Shown here one piece after another: positions 18,561 through 28,006 of a stretch of 37,961 bases of DNA. Position numbers and translations under genes: made by a program. Position 1 is the stretch's first letter, and every line of letters starts with the position of its first letter. The stretch is from an uncultured Alphaproteobacteria bacterium. GTDB taxonomy: Bacteria; Pseudomonadota; Alphaproteobacteria; CASFRQ01; SAAU01. The notes under the pieces are model-generated. The model searched no databases and was not told where the DNA came from. It was given only the letters and a program-made list of their open reading frames with translations. The stretch covers positions 1 to 37,961 of the forward strand of contig CASFRQ010000178.1 in the NCBI GenBank assembly GCA_949296785.1. Direction: 5' to 3'.

Positions 18561-19055
18561 ATGAAATTTTTAACTCTTATCGTTTTATCAACTCTATCGG
18601 TATTTTTTACGCCTTCCTTGGTTTTGGCCCAAGAAAACAAGGAAAAACTGGCGCAGATACAGGAATTTAAGAATGATTTGGAAAGCTGCGAAAAAAGAAC
18701 GTGGGATACTTTGCGTCAAAAATACGACGGTTTGTCTCAGGATAATACGCCGGACAGACAAATCGTCATAAATGAAATAACTTGTTACGAAATTGTCGGA
18801 AATAAAGTCATTGATACCTTTTATTCCCATACGAATGAAGAAATGAAAAAGAAGTTTGACACACTTATCCGGGCTTTTTCCGTTTTTTATGGAGAGTTAT
18901 ATGCTTATAATGCCGCCTGCTATAATCCAGGTCCTAAAAATCGCAAAATTTGCGGGAACATCGCTCTGGATTTTGCCACGGCCGCAGATGACAATTTTGT
19001 TAAAAATACTATCATGGATATGTTGAATTATACGGAAAGTTTTTATAAAGATTAA
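18561..19055 (+). CDS. Secreted small Cys-containing protein of unknown function, tandem paralog 2
   Basis: 164 aa. Same AAGGAGG SD context, signal peptide ending VLA|QEN, and the same four Cys positions as paralog 1. Confidence 0.8.
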   Translation: MKFLTLIVLSTLSVFFTPSLVLAQENKEKLAQIQEFKNDLESCEKRTWDTLRQKYDGLSQDNTPDRQIVINEITCYEIVGNKVIDTFYSHTNEEMKKKFDTLIRAFSVFYGELYAYNAACYNPGPKNRKICGNIALDFATAADDNFVKNTIMDMLNYTESFYKD

Positions 19056-19059
19056 AGAA

Positions 19060-19084
19060 AACGGCATCCTTTTTGGATGCCGTT
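19060..19084. terminator. Bidirectional hairpin terminator between the convergent genes
   Basis: AACGGCATCC (19060-19069), loop TTTTT, GGATGCCGTT (19075-19084): a 10-bp perfect stem with T-rich flanks on both strands. It lies between the stops at 19055 (+) and 19095 (-). Confidence 0.75.
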
Positions 19085-19094
19085 CCTTATTTAC

Positions 19095-20174
19095 TTAGTA
19101 AGAATAGGCGTCCACCCTGTTCATCCATCCGTCATGGAATTTCTGTTTTTCTGGATTTTCCTTTATTTTTTGAAGGAAATATTCTTTTGTTGCCTGTTTA
19201 TATTTTTCTATAATTTCCAACATTTCCTCTTCGGTCTTATTTTCCAAAGCTTTCATGGTTGCGGGGCCTATAATCGTCCCGGGCTTGATTCCCAGAATAG
19301 TATGAAGCCTTTGTATCGCAGCCACATGATGGTTGATTGCCATACTAAGGACAAGGCTGGCCAATCGTTCATCTTTAATATTATCTATATGAAAATATTT
19401 ATAAAAATCATTATAAAAAATCAGATCCGCCCGGTCATGCGTCATATTTTTAATATCTTCATTCGGGTACCAGCGTTTTGAAATTCCCATATTCGTTTCT
19501 TTTCCAGGATCTTCAGGGATATTTACATATCCCCCTTCCGCCTCCCTGATAGGAGGCATTATCCTGTCAAATTTTTCATCATCCATCCGGTCATAAACCA
19601 TTCCCGGCTTCATGCCTTGCCCATATTTTTGATAATACTCTCTCTTATGCAAGAGCTCAGAAGGTATTGGAACGGGAAGAGGAATAACTTTCTTGGGCGG
19701 AGGAACAGGCAAAGGAATCTCTTTTGCGCCAAAGGGTCCATACTCAAAAAATCTTATCTTTTTCTGAGGGTTATCGGAAAGCTCCTTTTTCAACATATCA
19801 TTTGCTTTATCCTCATAGCGGGCATTGTTTTCAGACAGATATAAATTCTCTCCGTTAGGAAAACCTGTAAACGCCCCCGGATAATTCGTGTTTTCTTTTT
19901 GTAAATTCGTATTCATTCCCTGTATTTTATTGGGATAAAACTGAAAAAGCAAGTCCTTCGTCAAGGAGGCAGTTGTTGGTTCCATTTTAATAAAATTGAA
20001 AGAATTAGGTTCTAAAGATTTCAATATTTCCTTATTAAAATTTTTTTTTAATTCAATTCTCAGATCCGAATCTCCCGGTTCTATTTTATAGAATTGAGCT
20101 TCTCCCAAACCGGCTTCGTCAAACAAAGCCTCCAAAACCTCTCTTGTCGTCATATCTTTTGTTAAGTTTACCAT
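19095..20174 (-). CDS. GH108-type N-acetylmuramidase with a PG_binding_3-like C-terminus, fused to an unrecognised N-terminal region of about 150 aa and a Pro-rich linker; no signal peptide
   Basis: The C-terminal half has REAEGGYVNIPEDPGKETNMGIS (the EGGY...DPGG.T..GI signature of GH108 lysozymes), then IIGPATMKAL and HDGWMNRV (the peptidoglycan-binding tail typical of this family). I prefer ATG 20174 (MVNLTKD, AGGAG 7 nt upstream) over the track start at 20261. Confidence 0.8.
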   Translation of the reverse strand: MVNLTKDMTTREVLEALFDEAGLGEAQFYKIEPGDSDLRIELKKNFNKEILKSLEPNSFNFIKMEPTTASLTKDLLFQFYPNKIQGMNTNLQKENTNYPGAFTGFPNGENLYLSENNARYEDKANDMLKKELSDNPQKKIRFFEYGPFGAKEIPLPVPPPKKVIPLPVPIPSELLHKREYYQKYGQGMKPGMVYDRMDDEKFDRIMPPIREAEGGYVNIPEDPGKETNMGISKRWYPNEDIKNMTHDRADLIFYNDFYKYFHIDNIKDERLASLVLSMAINHHVAAIQRLHTILGIKPGTIIGPATMKALENKTEEEMLEIIEKYKQATKEYFLQKIKENPEKQKFHDGWMNRVDAYSY

Positions 20175-20304
20175 AATTTTTCTCCTTCTATTTAAAATAA
20201 AAAATCTTAACAAGAATAAAAATATCCATATTTCAAGCATAATATTCTTATAAAGAATCATTTAACGAAGCCTTATTCATTTCCTATAAAGACACAAAAG
20301 AAAA

Positions 20305-20323
20305 CGCCGGTAAAATACCGGCG
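20305..20323 (-). terminator. Rho-independent terminator downstream of lplT-aas
   Basis: CGCCGGTA / TACCGGCG 8-bp stem with a 3-nt loop. On the minus strand it is followed by TTTTCTTTTGT. Confidence 0.65.
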
Positions 20324-20405
20324 CTTTTTCCTTCTTATTTTATTCTTTTATAAACTTTTTATCTCTTCAAAGCTTTTTAAAGTCATCGGAACGCAATCTC
20401 CCTCG

Positions 20406-23400
20406 CTATTTTTCGCAAACCAGAGGCGGTTGAGAAATCTGTTCCTCCGCCAGCTTTTTAGCGGAAATATAGTCAAACTTCCCGGAGCCTAAAAGAGGCG
20501 GATTATTTTGATATAAAATTTTCTTCGGGATAGAAATTTCAGGCATTCCCTTTTGTTTAAACAGAGTCGTCAAAGCCTCCACCGTTATATCGGAAGAAGA
20601 AGTAATCAGCACCATCTGTTCACCTTTTTTCGCATCCGGAATACTGACAACGCCATGGATAAAACCGTCCCATTTTTCCGAGATAACACCCTCCACCGCT
20701 GTCAAAGACACCATCTCACCGCCGATTTTTGCAAACCTCTTGGAACGGCCTTTGATAAAGATATATCCGTCCTCGTCAATATACACAATATCGCCGGTAT
20801 CGTACCAGCCGTCTTCAACCGGCTCCAAAACTCCCGGGTTCGTCGCACGCATATATCCCAACATAACATTCGGACCTTTTAAGATAAGTTCCTGTCCTTC
20901 TTTAATACCGTCAATTTCCTTCAGCTTATACGCCATATCCGGCAAAAGAATACCGACGGAACCTTTAGCCGTAAACAAAGGCGTGTTAATGGAAATCACC
21001 GGAGAACACTCCGTCGCGCCGTACCCTTCCAAAATACGAATACCAAATTTTTCACTCCAAAGACGACGGGTTTCATCCTTGACTTTTTCCGCCCCGCTGA
21101 CCAACAGACGTAATGTGTTGAAATCATACGGATTGGCGCATTTGGCGTAACCGGCCAGGAAAGTATCCGTCCCGAACATAATTGTCGCCTTGGCGTAGTT
21201 GCAAAGTTCCGGAATAATGCGGTAATGCAAAGGCGTCGGATAAAACACCATCTTCACCCCGATAACCAAAGGCAAGAAAGTCGCCGCCACCAAGCCGAAA
21301 GAATGGAACATCGGCAAGCAGTTTAACACAATATCTTCCGGGAAAACATCCACACGGCACACCGCCTGATAGGCGTTGGATAAAATATTTTTATGAGAAA
21401 GAAGAACCGCCTTCGGCATCCCTTCGGAACCGGAGGTAAAAAGGACAACCGCCGGATCCGAAGCCTTTGCCGGTAACAGGCGGCTCGTCCGTCTATACAG
21501 TGTCAACGGCGCCAACGCCCCAAACAAGCCCAGCAGTTTTACCTTTAAATTCAAATTCTTCCTTAAACTTTCCAACCGCAAAACCTGAATACCTTCCGCC
21601 TCCAGGGCTTCCACCAGAGAATCCAGCTTGCCGAGCGTAATCACCTTCTGCGCGGTAATAATCGTTTTTACTCCCGCTGTTTTGCAAGTACTGATTACCT
21701 GTACCGGACCGGAGGAAAAATTCAGCATCGCGGGAACATGTCCGAACGCCTGCAACCCCAAAATCGTCAACAAAGCCGTGTTTGAAGTCGGCAGCAAAAC
21801 CCCGACCGGCTCCCTTGTCTTTGGCAAAGCATCATGCATCAGTTTTCCCAAGACAAAGGATTTTAAGAAAAGCTCCTGAAAAGCCATCGGCTTTTTCTCG
21901 GTATCTTCAATAATTTTCTTAAAACGGCCAGAAAATTTCATTGTTTTTGTTACCGCCTCAAAAACAGTCTGATCCGTTTCATAGGCTTCAAAGCTCATTT
22001 GAGAAAGAAGCTTATAAAGGACAACAGCCGTTTTCAATCTCTTTTCCCTCATAGACAAACTTTGATAAGCGGGAAGAAAGACCGGCTCCTTCACCTCCAG
22101 ACTGATATGAGGGAAAAATTCAATATGCGCCTCGCGCCGGACACGGGAAAAAACGGAATGCTTCGCCCCTTTAATCAGAATGGGGACAAACGCCGCCCGC
22201 GCCTTTTCAGCCATCAAAGCCGGCACTTCATAAATTTTCATCTGCGTGTGAGCCAGGGAAACTTCGTTTTCCACAAAGAACATACACAGCTTGTCCTGCC
22301 TCAGTTCTTCAACCATAATTTTTACAGCCTCAAACGGATTGCTCGGATCCAAAGGCTTAACCTTCAATAAACTCAAAAAAGGCAATGTCCACCACTTGTC
22401 CAAAATCGCCTGAGAAACGCCGAAAGTAATTTGCTCCGGCACAAAAACGGAAATTAAAAGCGCGTCCAGGTAAGAGGTATGGTTCGTAACAATAAGAGCT
22501 CGTTTTCCCGCCTTCGCCAGATTTTCAAGTCCCGTAACTCTTGCCTTAAACAGAAATTTCAAAATGGATTTCAAAAGCCTCCTCTTTGACCCTTCCGGCA
22601 AAATTTGGAACATATAAAAGGCGAAAACAAAGTTTGCCAAAGCATACAAACCGTAAATAACCCCCGTTTCCACAAACAAATAAGTCAAAGACAAGGTAAT
22701 AATCAACGAAGAAGCGACCGCCACGGCGTTCATCATATTGCTTAAAGACAAAATCTGACTAAAAGTCTTCTCTTCCCCTTGTCTTTGAAGCAAAGTATAC
22801 AATACCGTCGCATAGCAAGAAAAACACATCCCGATCATAAAAGCATCCGCCAAAAGCCGGATATTCGCCAAAGACATCAAGAACTGCCCGGCGTTCATTT
22901 CCAACGAATAAACGAAAATCCCCGAACTGCCCCACACAAAATCCGCCAAAAAAACAGACACGACCATCAAAGAAAAAGGCGCCAGCAGAATAGCGGTCTT
23001 CTCCTTCATCTTTCCAAGGAACAAAGCGCCGAGCAACGCGCCCGCCGCCAAAAATCCCAAAAACAAAACAGCGACTGAGAAAGAAGAAAATAAAATATCC
23101 CGCACATACGCATGAAATGTAAAAAGAAACGCCGCCCCCATAAACCACATCCAGGAGATACCGGCCATGCAGGTTAAAACAGGTTTTGCCTCGCGGTTTT
23201 TAAAAATATAGTCCTTCAAAGAGGAGGAAGGCGTTCTTCCCAACTTCAAACTCGGCAGAACCCCTTTTTGCGCCGGCACGCGCAAAGCATTGAAAAAACC
23301 GAATACCGAAAAAACCAGTGCCAAAACAAAAACACTCGGCATATAAAAATCCGCCAAGTCATTAAAATACACCAAAAGGTTGGCTATGAAAAAAGCCCCG

Positions 23401-23840
23401 AACACACTTGCCTTTACCCAGATATTGCACAAATACAGCTCATCTTTTTTCAACCCCCTCGCAAACAAGGAATAGGTTAAAATCCTTGAAAAACAAGCTT
23501 TTATCCCCAGCCCGGCGATCGCCAGAATAAGAAGAAACCTTCCCCCCTCAAAAGAACCGAAGGCCGCCGCGCACATTAAAACGATTTCAAAAGCCTTCGT
23601 CCACAAAAGAACTTTAGTCCCGGAATATTTATCGCAAACCTGCCCGGCAATCGGCGAAAAAAGAAGGAAAGAAAGAAAATACAAAGCATAAACAATAAAG
23701 AGCTGATAAGCTTGATCCTTAAAAACGCTGTATGTCAAAGTAAAGACAAACAAATTCTGAAGGAGAGATGCGGCGAAAGTACCGCTTACCTGCGCCAGAT
23801 AAAGAGGAAGAAAATTTTTATTCTTAAAGAGGGTCAACAT
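20406..23840 (-). CDS. aas: Fused lysophospholipid transporter (MFS, LplT-like) / 2-acyl-GPE acyltransferase / acyl-ACP synthetase (Aas-like)
   Basis: 1144 aa. The N-terminal ~420 aa are polytopic and MFS-like. Then come a PlsC-type HX4D motif (NHTSYLDA) and an adenylate-forming domain (LFTSGSEGMPKAV, YGATE, GWYDTGD). Confidence 0.88.
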   Translation of the reverse strand: MLTLFKNKNFLPLYLAQVSGTFAASLLQNLFVFTLTYSVFKDQAYQLFIVYALYFLSFLLFSPIAGQVCDKYSGTKVLLWTKAFEIVLMCAAAFGSFEGGRFLLILAIAGLGIKACFSRILTYSLFARGLKKDELYLCNIWVKASVFGAFFIANLLVYFNDLADFYMPSVFVLALVFSVFGFFNALRVPAQKGVLPSLKLGRTPSSSLKDYIFKNREAKPVLTCMAGISWMWFMGAAFLFTFHAYVRDILFSSFSVAVLFLGFLAAGALLGALFLGKMKEKTAILLAPFSLMVVSVFLADFVWGSSGIFVYSLEMNAGQFLMSLANIRLLADAFMIGMCFSCYATVLYTLLQRQGEEKTFSQILSLSNMMNAVAVASSLIITLSLTYLFVETGVIYGLYALANFVFAFYMFQILPEGSKRRLLKSILKFLFKARVTGLENLAKAGKRALIVTNHTSYLDALLISVFVPEQITFGVSQAILDKWWTLPFLSLLKVKPLDPSNPFEAVKIMVEELRQDKLCMFFVENEVSLAHTQMKIYEVPALMAEKARAAFVPILIKGAKHSVFSRVRREAHIEFFPHISLEVKEPVFLPAYQSLSMREKRLKTAVVLYKLLSQMSFEAYETDQTVFEAVTKTMKFSGRFKKIIEDTEKKPMAFQELFLKSFVLGKLMHDALPKTREPVGVLLPTSNTALLTILGLQAFGHVPAMLNFSSGPVQVISTCKTAGVKTIITAQKVITLGKLDSLVEALEAEGIQVLRLESLRKNLNLKVKLLGLFGALAPLTLYRRTSRLLPAKASDPAVVLFTSGSEGMPKAVLLSHKNILSNAYQAVCRVDVFPEDIVLNCLPMFHSFGLVAATFLPLVIGVKMVFYPTPLHYRIIPELCNYAKATIMFGTDTFLAGYAKCANPYDFNTLRLLVSGAEKVKDETRRLWSEKFGIRILEGYGATECSPVISINTPLFTAKGSVGILLPDMAYKLKEIDGIKEGQELILKGPNVMLGYMRATNPGVLEPVEDGWYDTGDIVYIDEDGYIFIKGRSKRFAKIGGEMVSLTAVEGVISEKWDGFIHGVVSIPDAKKGEQMVLITSSSDITVEALTTLFKQKGMPEISIPKKILYQNNPPLLGSGKFDYISAKKLAEEQISQPPLVCEK

Positions 23841-24128
23841 GATTTTTCCTTAAAAAATTAAGTGAGGGAAAACGAAACATTGTCCGCTTGTTTTTTCATA
23901 CTATAAACATGTCTACCATAATTCGGAAAAAGATGCCAGCCCGATTTTACCCCTTTTTTGATTTTTGTCCCCTTTTTTGGAAGATTTTTCATACTTTAAA
24001 ATGAGAAAAAAAACTGATTTTCAAAAAATGTTTTATTGAATTTTTTTCAGGATATGATACAAAAGACAAAACACAGTAGTAAATTTGTCATTATAAGCAG
24101 CTGAATTAAAATAAAGAAGGAGAAAAAT

Positions 24129-24887
24129 ATGACGCGTCGTCTTTTGATTGCCGGGAACTGGAAAATGAACGGTCTTTTGCAACAGGCTCGGAAGTTGGGG
24201 GAAGAATTGGCTTCTTTGTTTAAAGAGGAGAAGTCTCCTTCTTTTGACATGCTTGTCTGCCCGCCGTTCACGGCGCTGTCCGCGGTGCAGGAAGCTTTGA
24301 AAGATTCCGGTATCCTTTTGGGCGGGCAGGATTGCCATTTTAAGGAATCGGGCGCCCATACGGGGGACATCAGTCCCGTCATGTTGAAAGATGTCGGTTG
24401 CGACGCCGTTATCCTTGGTCATTCAGAAAGAAGGCAGGATCATGGCGAAACCAGCGCTCTGGTTCGTGAAAAAGCGACGGCGGCGCATAAGGAAGGTTTA
24501 TTAACCGTTATTTGTGTCGGTGAAACCGAAGCGCAAAGAGACGCGGGGGAAACCTTATCCGTCGTGGGAGAGCAGGTTAGAGATTCTCTGCCCGAAGAAA
24601 GTTCAGCCAATAATACCGTTATCGCATACGAGCCCGTCTGGGCCATCGGCACCGGAAAAGTTGCTTCCGTTCAGGATGTGGCCGAAGTTCATGCCTTTAT
24701 CCGTTCCGAAATTGAAAAAGTTTTAGGAAAAGAAAATGCCGAAAAGATGAGAATTCTTTACGGCGGTTCCGTCAAACCTTCCAACGCTAAAGAATTATTG
24801 TCTTTAGAGGATGTGGACGGCGCTCTCGTCGGCGGGGCGAGTTTAAAAAGCGATGATTTTTGGGCGATTGCCAAAAGCCAGGATTGA
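24129..24887 (+). CDS. tpiA: Triosephosphate isomerase
   Basis: 252 aa. Contains AGNWKMNG, ILGHSERRQ and AYEPVWAIGTG. AAGGAG SD. Confidence 0.96.
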   Translation: MTRRLLIAGNWKMNGLLQQARKLGEELASLFKEEKSPSFDMLVCPPFTALSAVQEALKDSGILLGGQDCHFKESGAHTGDISPVMLKDVGCDAVILGHSERRQDHGETSALVREKATAAHKEGLLTVICVGETEAQRDAGETLSVVGEQVRDSLPEESSANNTVIAYEPVWAIGTGKVASVQDVAEVHAFIRSEIEKVLGKENAEKMRILYGGSVKPSNAKELLSLEDVDGALVGGASLKSDDFWAIAKSQD

Positions 24888-25186
24888 ATTAAAAACAATT
24901 AACATTTTGAATTTTTTCGGAAGATTTAAAAAATTAAGGAATTATATATTAAGGAATCATATAAGAAAATTGCCGCTTAAAAGCCATTCCCAGGGGAAAC
25001 GGCGGAAAATGCAAAAAGTCGGGACAAGTTAAACAGCTGAAAATGCCGGATAAAAACGAGGGGAGTTAAACAGCAGACCGGTAAAACGGTAAGTCGCCTC
25101 AAAAAAAGGAAAACAGATCGGTATTCACACCTGTATCGGCGGCGAAAAAGAAAGCGGCGAAAAAGGAAAAAGAGGAAATATTAAAA

Positions 25187-25615
25187 ATGCAGACGATTTT
25201 ATTGGTATTACAAATTATTTTGGCCATTTTTCTTATCGGATTGGTCTTGATTCAAAGATCAGACGACAGTTCCATGGGGGGCTTAGGCGGCGGCATGGGC
25301 GGCAATGGTTTTATGTCCCGGCGTTCCGCAGGCAACTTTTTGACAAAGATGACGGCGATTGTCGCGTTCCTCTTCGCTATAACGAGTTTGGGATTAACCA
25401 TCGTGGCTAAAAAGCAGACGCAAACGGTCAGCCTGCTTGACCATTTGAATACGACGCAGCCCGCGCCCATCGCCGTTCCGGCGGAATCCTTCCCTTCGGT
25501 TCAACCGCAAACGACAAAAGAGGAGAATCAACCGACGGCTCAGGCAGAAACGGCGGTTTCCCCTGAGGCTTCCGACGCCTCGTCTTCCTCAACCGATACC
25601 AGCACGGCGCAATAA
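25187..25615 (+). CDS. secG: Preprotein translocase subunit SecG with a low-complexity C-terminal extension
   Basis: The N-terminal ~75 aa match the SecG pattern (two TM segments flanking LIQRSDDSSMGGLGGGMGG). A P/T/S/E/Q-rich tail of about 65 aa follows. Confidence 0.85.
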   Translation: MQTILLVLQIILAIFLIGLVLIQRSDDSSMGGLGGGMGGNGFMSRRSAGNFLTKMTAIVAFLFAITSLGLTIVAKKQTQTVSLLDHLNTTQPAPIAVPAESFPSVQPQTTKEENQPTAQAETAVSPEASDASSSSTDTSTAQ

Positions 25616-25789
25616 AAAGGAAGCCGTTTGTATTCACGGATGCGTTTTAGGCGTGATTTGCAGGAAAGCTTCGGGAAAAAGGTTTTAATCTTTCGGCAAT
25701 TTCTGAGAAGAGTGTCTGGAAAACGGCGAGGCAAAACGGCGGTCTTCTTTAAACAGAGAAATATTTTATTTGATGTTAAGGGATAGAAA

Positions 25790-26632
25790 ATGAGTGAAAA
25801 TAAAAGAACAGTCATCGGTAATGTCACTTTCGGCAACGATCTGCCTTTTGTTCTGATGGCGGGCCCTTGCCAAATGGAAAGCAAGGAGCATGCTTTTGAA
25901 ATGGCCGACGCATTGGTATCCATGACAAGAGAATTGGATATTCCTTATATTTTCAAGGCTTCTTTTGACAAAGCCAACCGTTCCAGCCTGTCTGGAAAAA
26001 GGGGCATCGGATTGGAAAAAGCTTTGGATGTTTTTGCGCAGATTAAAGAAAAATACGGCTGTCCCGTCCTGACCGACGTGCATGAACGCGAACAGTGCGC
26101 TCCCGTCGCCGAGGTGGTAGACATGTTGCAAATCCCGGCATTTTTGTGCCGGCAGACGGATTTGGTTTTGGAGGTGGGACGCACCGCCAAAGCCGTCAAT
26201 ATTAAAAAAGCGCAATTCATGGCGCCGGCAGACATTAAAAATGTCGTCCAAAAAGTGGAATCCACCGGCAATCATAATATGGTACTGACCGAACGGGGCG
26301 TCAGTTTCGGTTACGGCAGCTTGGTCGTGGACATGCGTTCTTTCCCGATTATGAAAGAGGCTTCCGGCGGTTATCCGGTCATTATGGACGCAACCCATTC
26401 GGTGCAACAACCGGGTGGCACTTCTACCGGCGGGGACAGAAGGTTCGCCCCCGTTATGGCGAAAGCGGCGTTGGCCGTCGGCGTTGCCGGCCTATTCATT
26501 GAAACTCATCAGGATCCGGACCACGCGCCCAGCGACGGCCCGAATATGATTATTTTGAAAGACATGCCTAAGCTTTTGAAGGAATTTAAAGAGCTTGACA
26601 CGCTTATCAAAAAACAAAATGCTGACTTATAA
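25790..26632 (+). CDS. kdsA: 2-dehydro-3-deoxyphosphooctonate aldolase (KDO-8-P synthase)
   Basis: 280 aa. Contains MAGPCQMES, FKASFDKANRSS and DATHSVQQPGG. Confidence 0.95.
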   Translation: MSENKRTVIGNVTFGNDLPFVLMAGPCQMESKEHAFEMADALVSMTRELDIPYIFKASFDKANRSSLSGKRGIGLEKALDVFAQIKEKYGCPVLTDVHEREQCAPVAEVVDMLQIPAFLCRQTDLVLEVGRTAKAVNIKKAQFMAPADIKNVVQKVESTGNHNMVLTERGVSFGYGSLVVDMRSFPIMKEASGGYPVIMDATHSVQQPGGTSTGGDRRFAPVMAKAALAVGVAGLFIETHQDPDHAPSDGPNMIILKDMPKLLKEFKELDTLIKKQNADL

Positions 26633-26641
26633 TTAACTTAA

Positions 26642-27940
<1,299 letters not shown>

Positions 27941-27977
27941 TTTCCATTCGGAAATCCTTTTTGATTTCGGATAGGAG

Positions 27978-28006
27978 AACTCCCCTGTAAAAAGGGGAGT
28001 TTTTTT
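27978..28006 (+). terminator. Rho-independent terminator after eno
   Basis: AACTCCCCT (27978-27986), loop GTAAAA, AGGGGAGTT (27993-28001), followed by a T run. Confidence 0.85.

Larger units (their letters stand above)
17996..19055 (+). repeat. Tandem duplication with a 512-bp unit: two full gene copies plus a remnant of about 50 bp from a third copy's 3' end at the upstream edge
   Basis: 18049 and 18561 are homologous starts. 17996-18048 (TTGAACTTTAACGGGAAAAGTTTGTATAAATAATCAATAAGGAGG) matches the 3' end plus spacer of copy 1 at 18511-18560 (TTGAACTATACGGAAAGTTTTTATAAATAATCAATAAGGAGG). Confidence 0.85.

Noticed and set aside
19077-19844. Plus-strand ORFs 19077..19481 and 19617..19844
   Set aside because: They are antisense to the GH108 gene, and their hydrophobic, F/I-rich translations are typical of AT-rich antisense frames.
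20175-20261. The N-terminal 29 codons of track ORF 19095..20261 (MILYKNIMLEIWIFLFLLRFFILNRRRKI), which would look like a signal/TM segment
   Set aside because: There is no SD before that start. The internal ATG at 20174 has AGGAG at 7-nt spacing. The upstream codons are AT-rich promoter-like sequence, so I do not claim a signal peptide for the GH108 protein.
25766-26410. 214-aa minus-strand ORF and other antisense ORFs (25540..25923, 25945..26271)
   Set aside because: They are antisense to kdsA, whose plus-strand translation carries unambiguous KDO-8-P synthase motifs.
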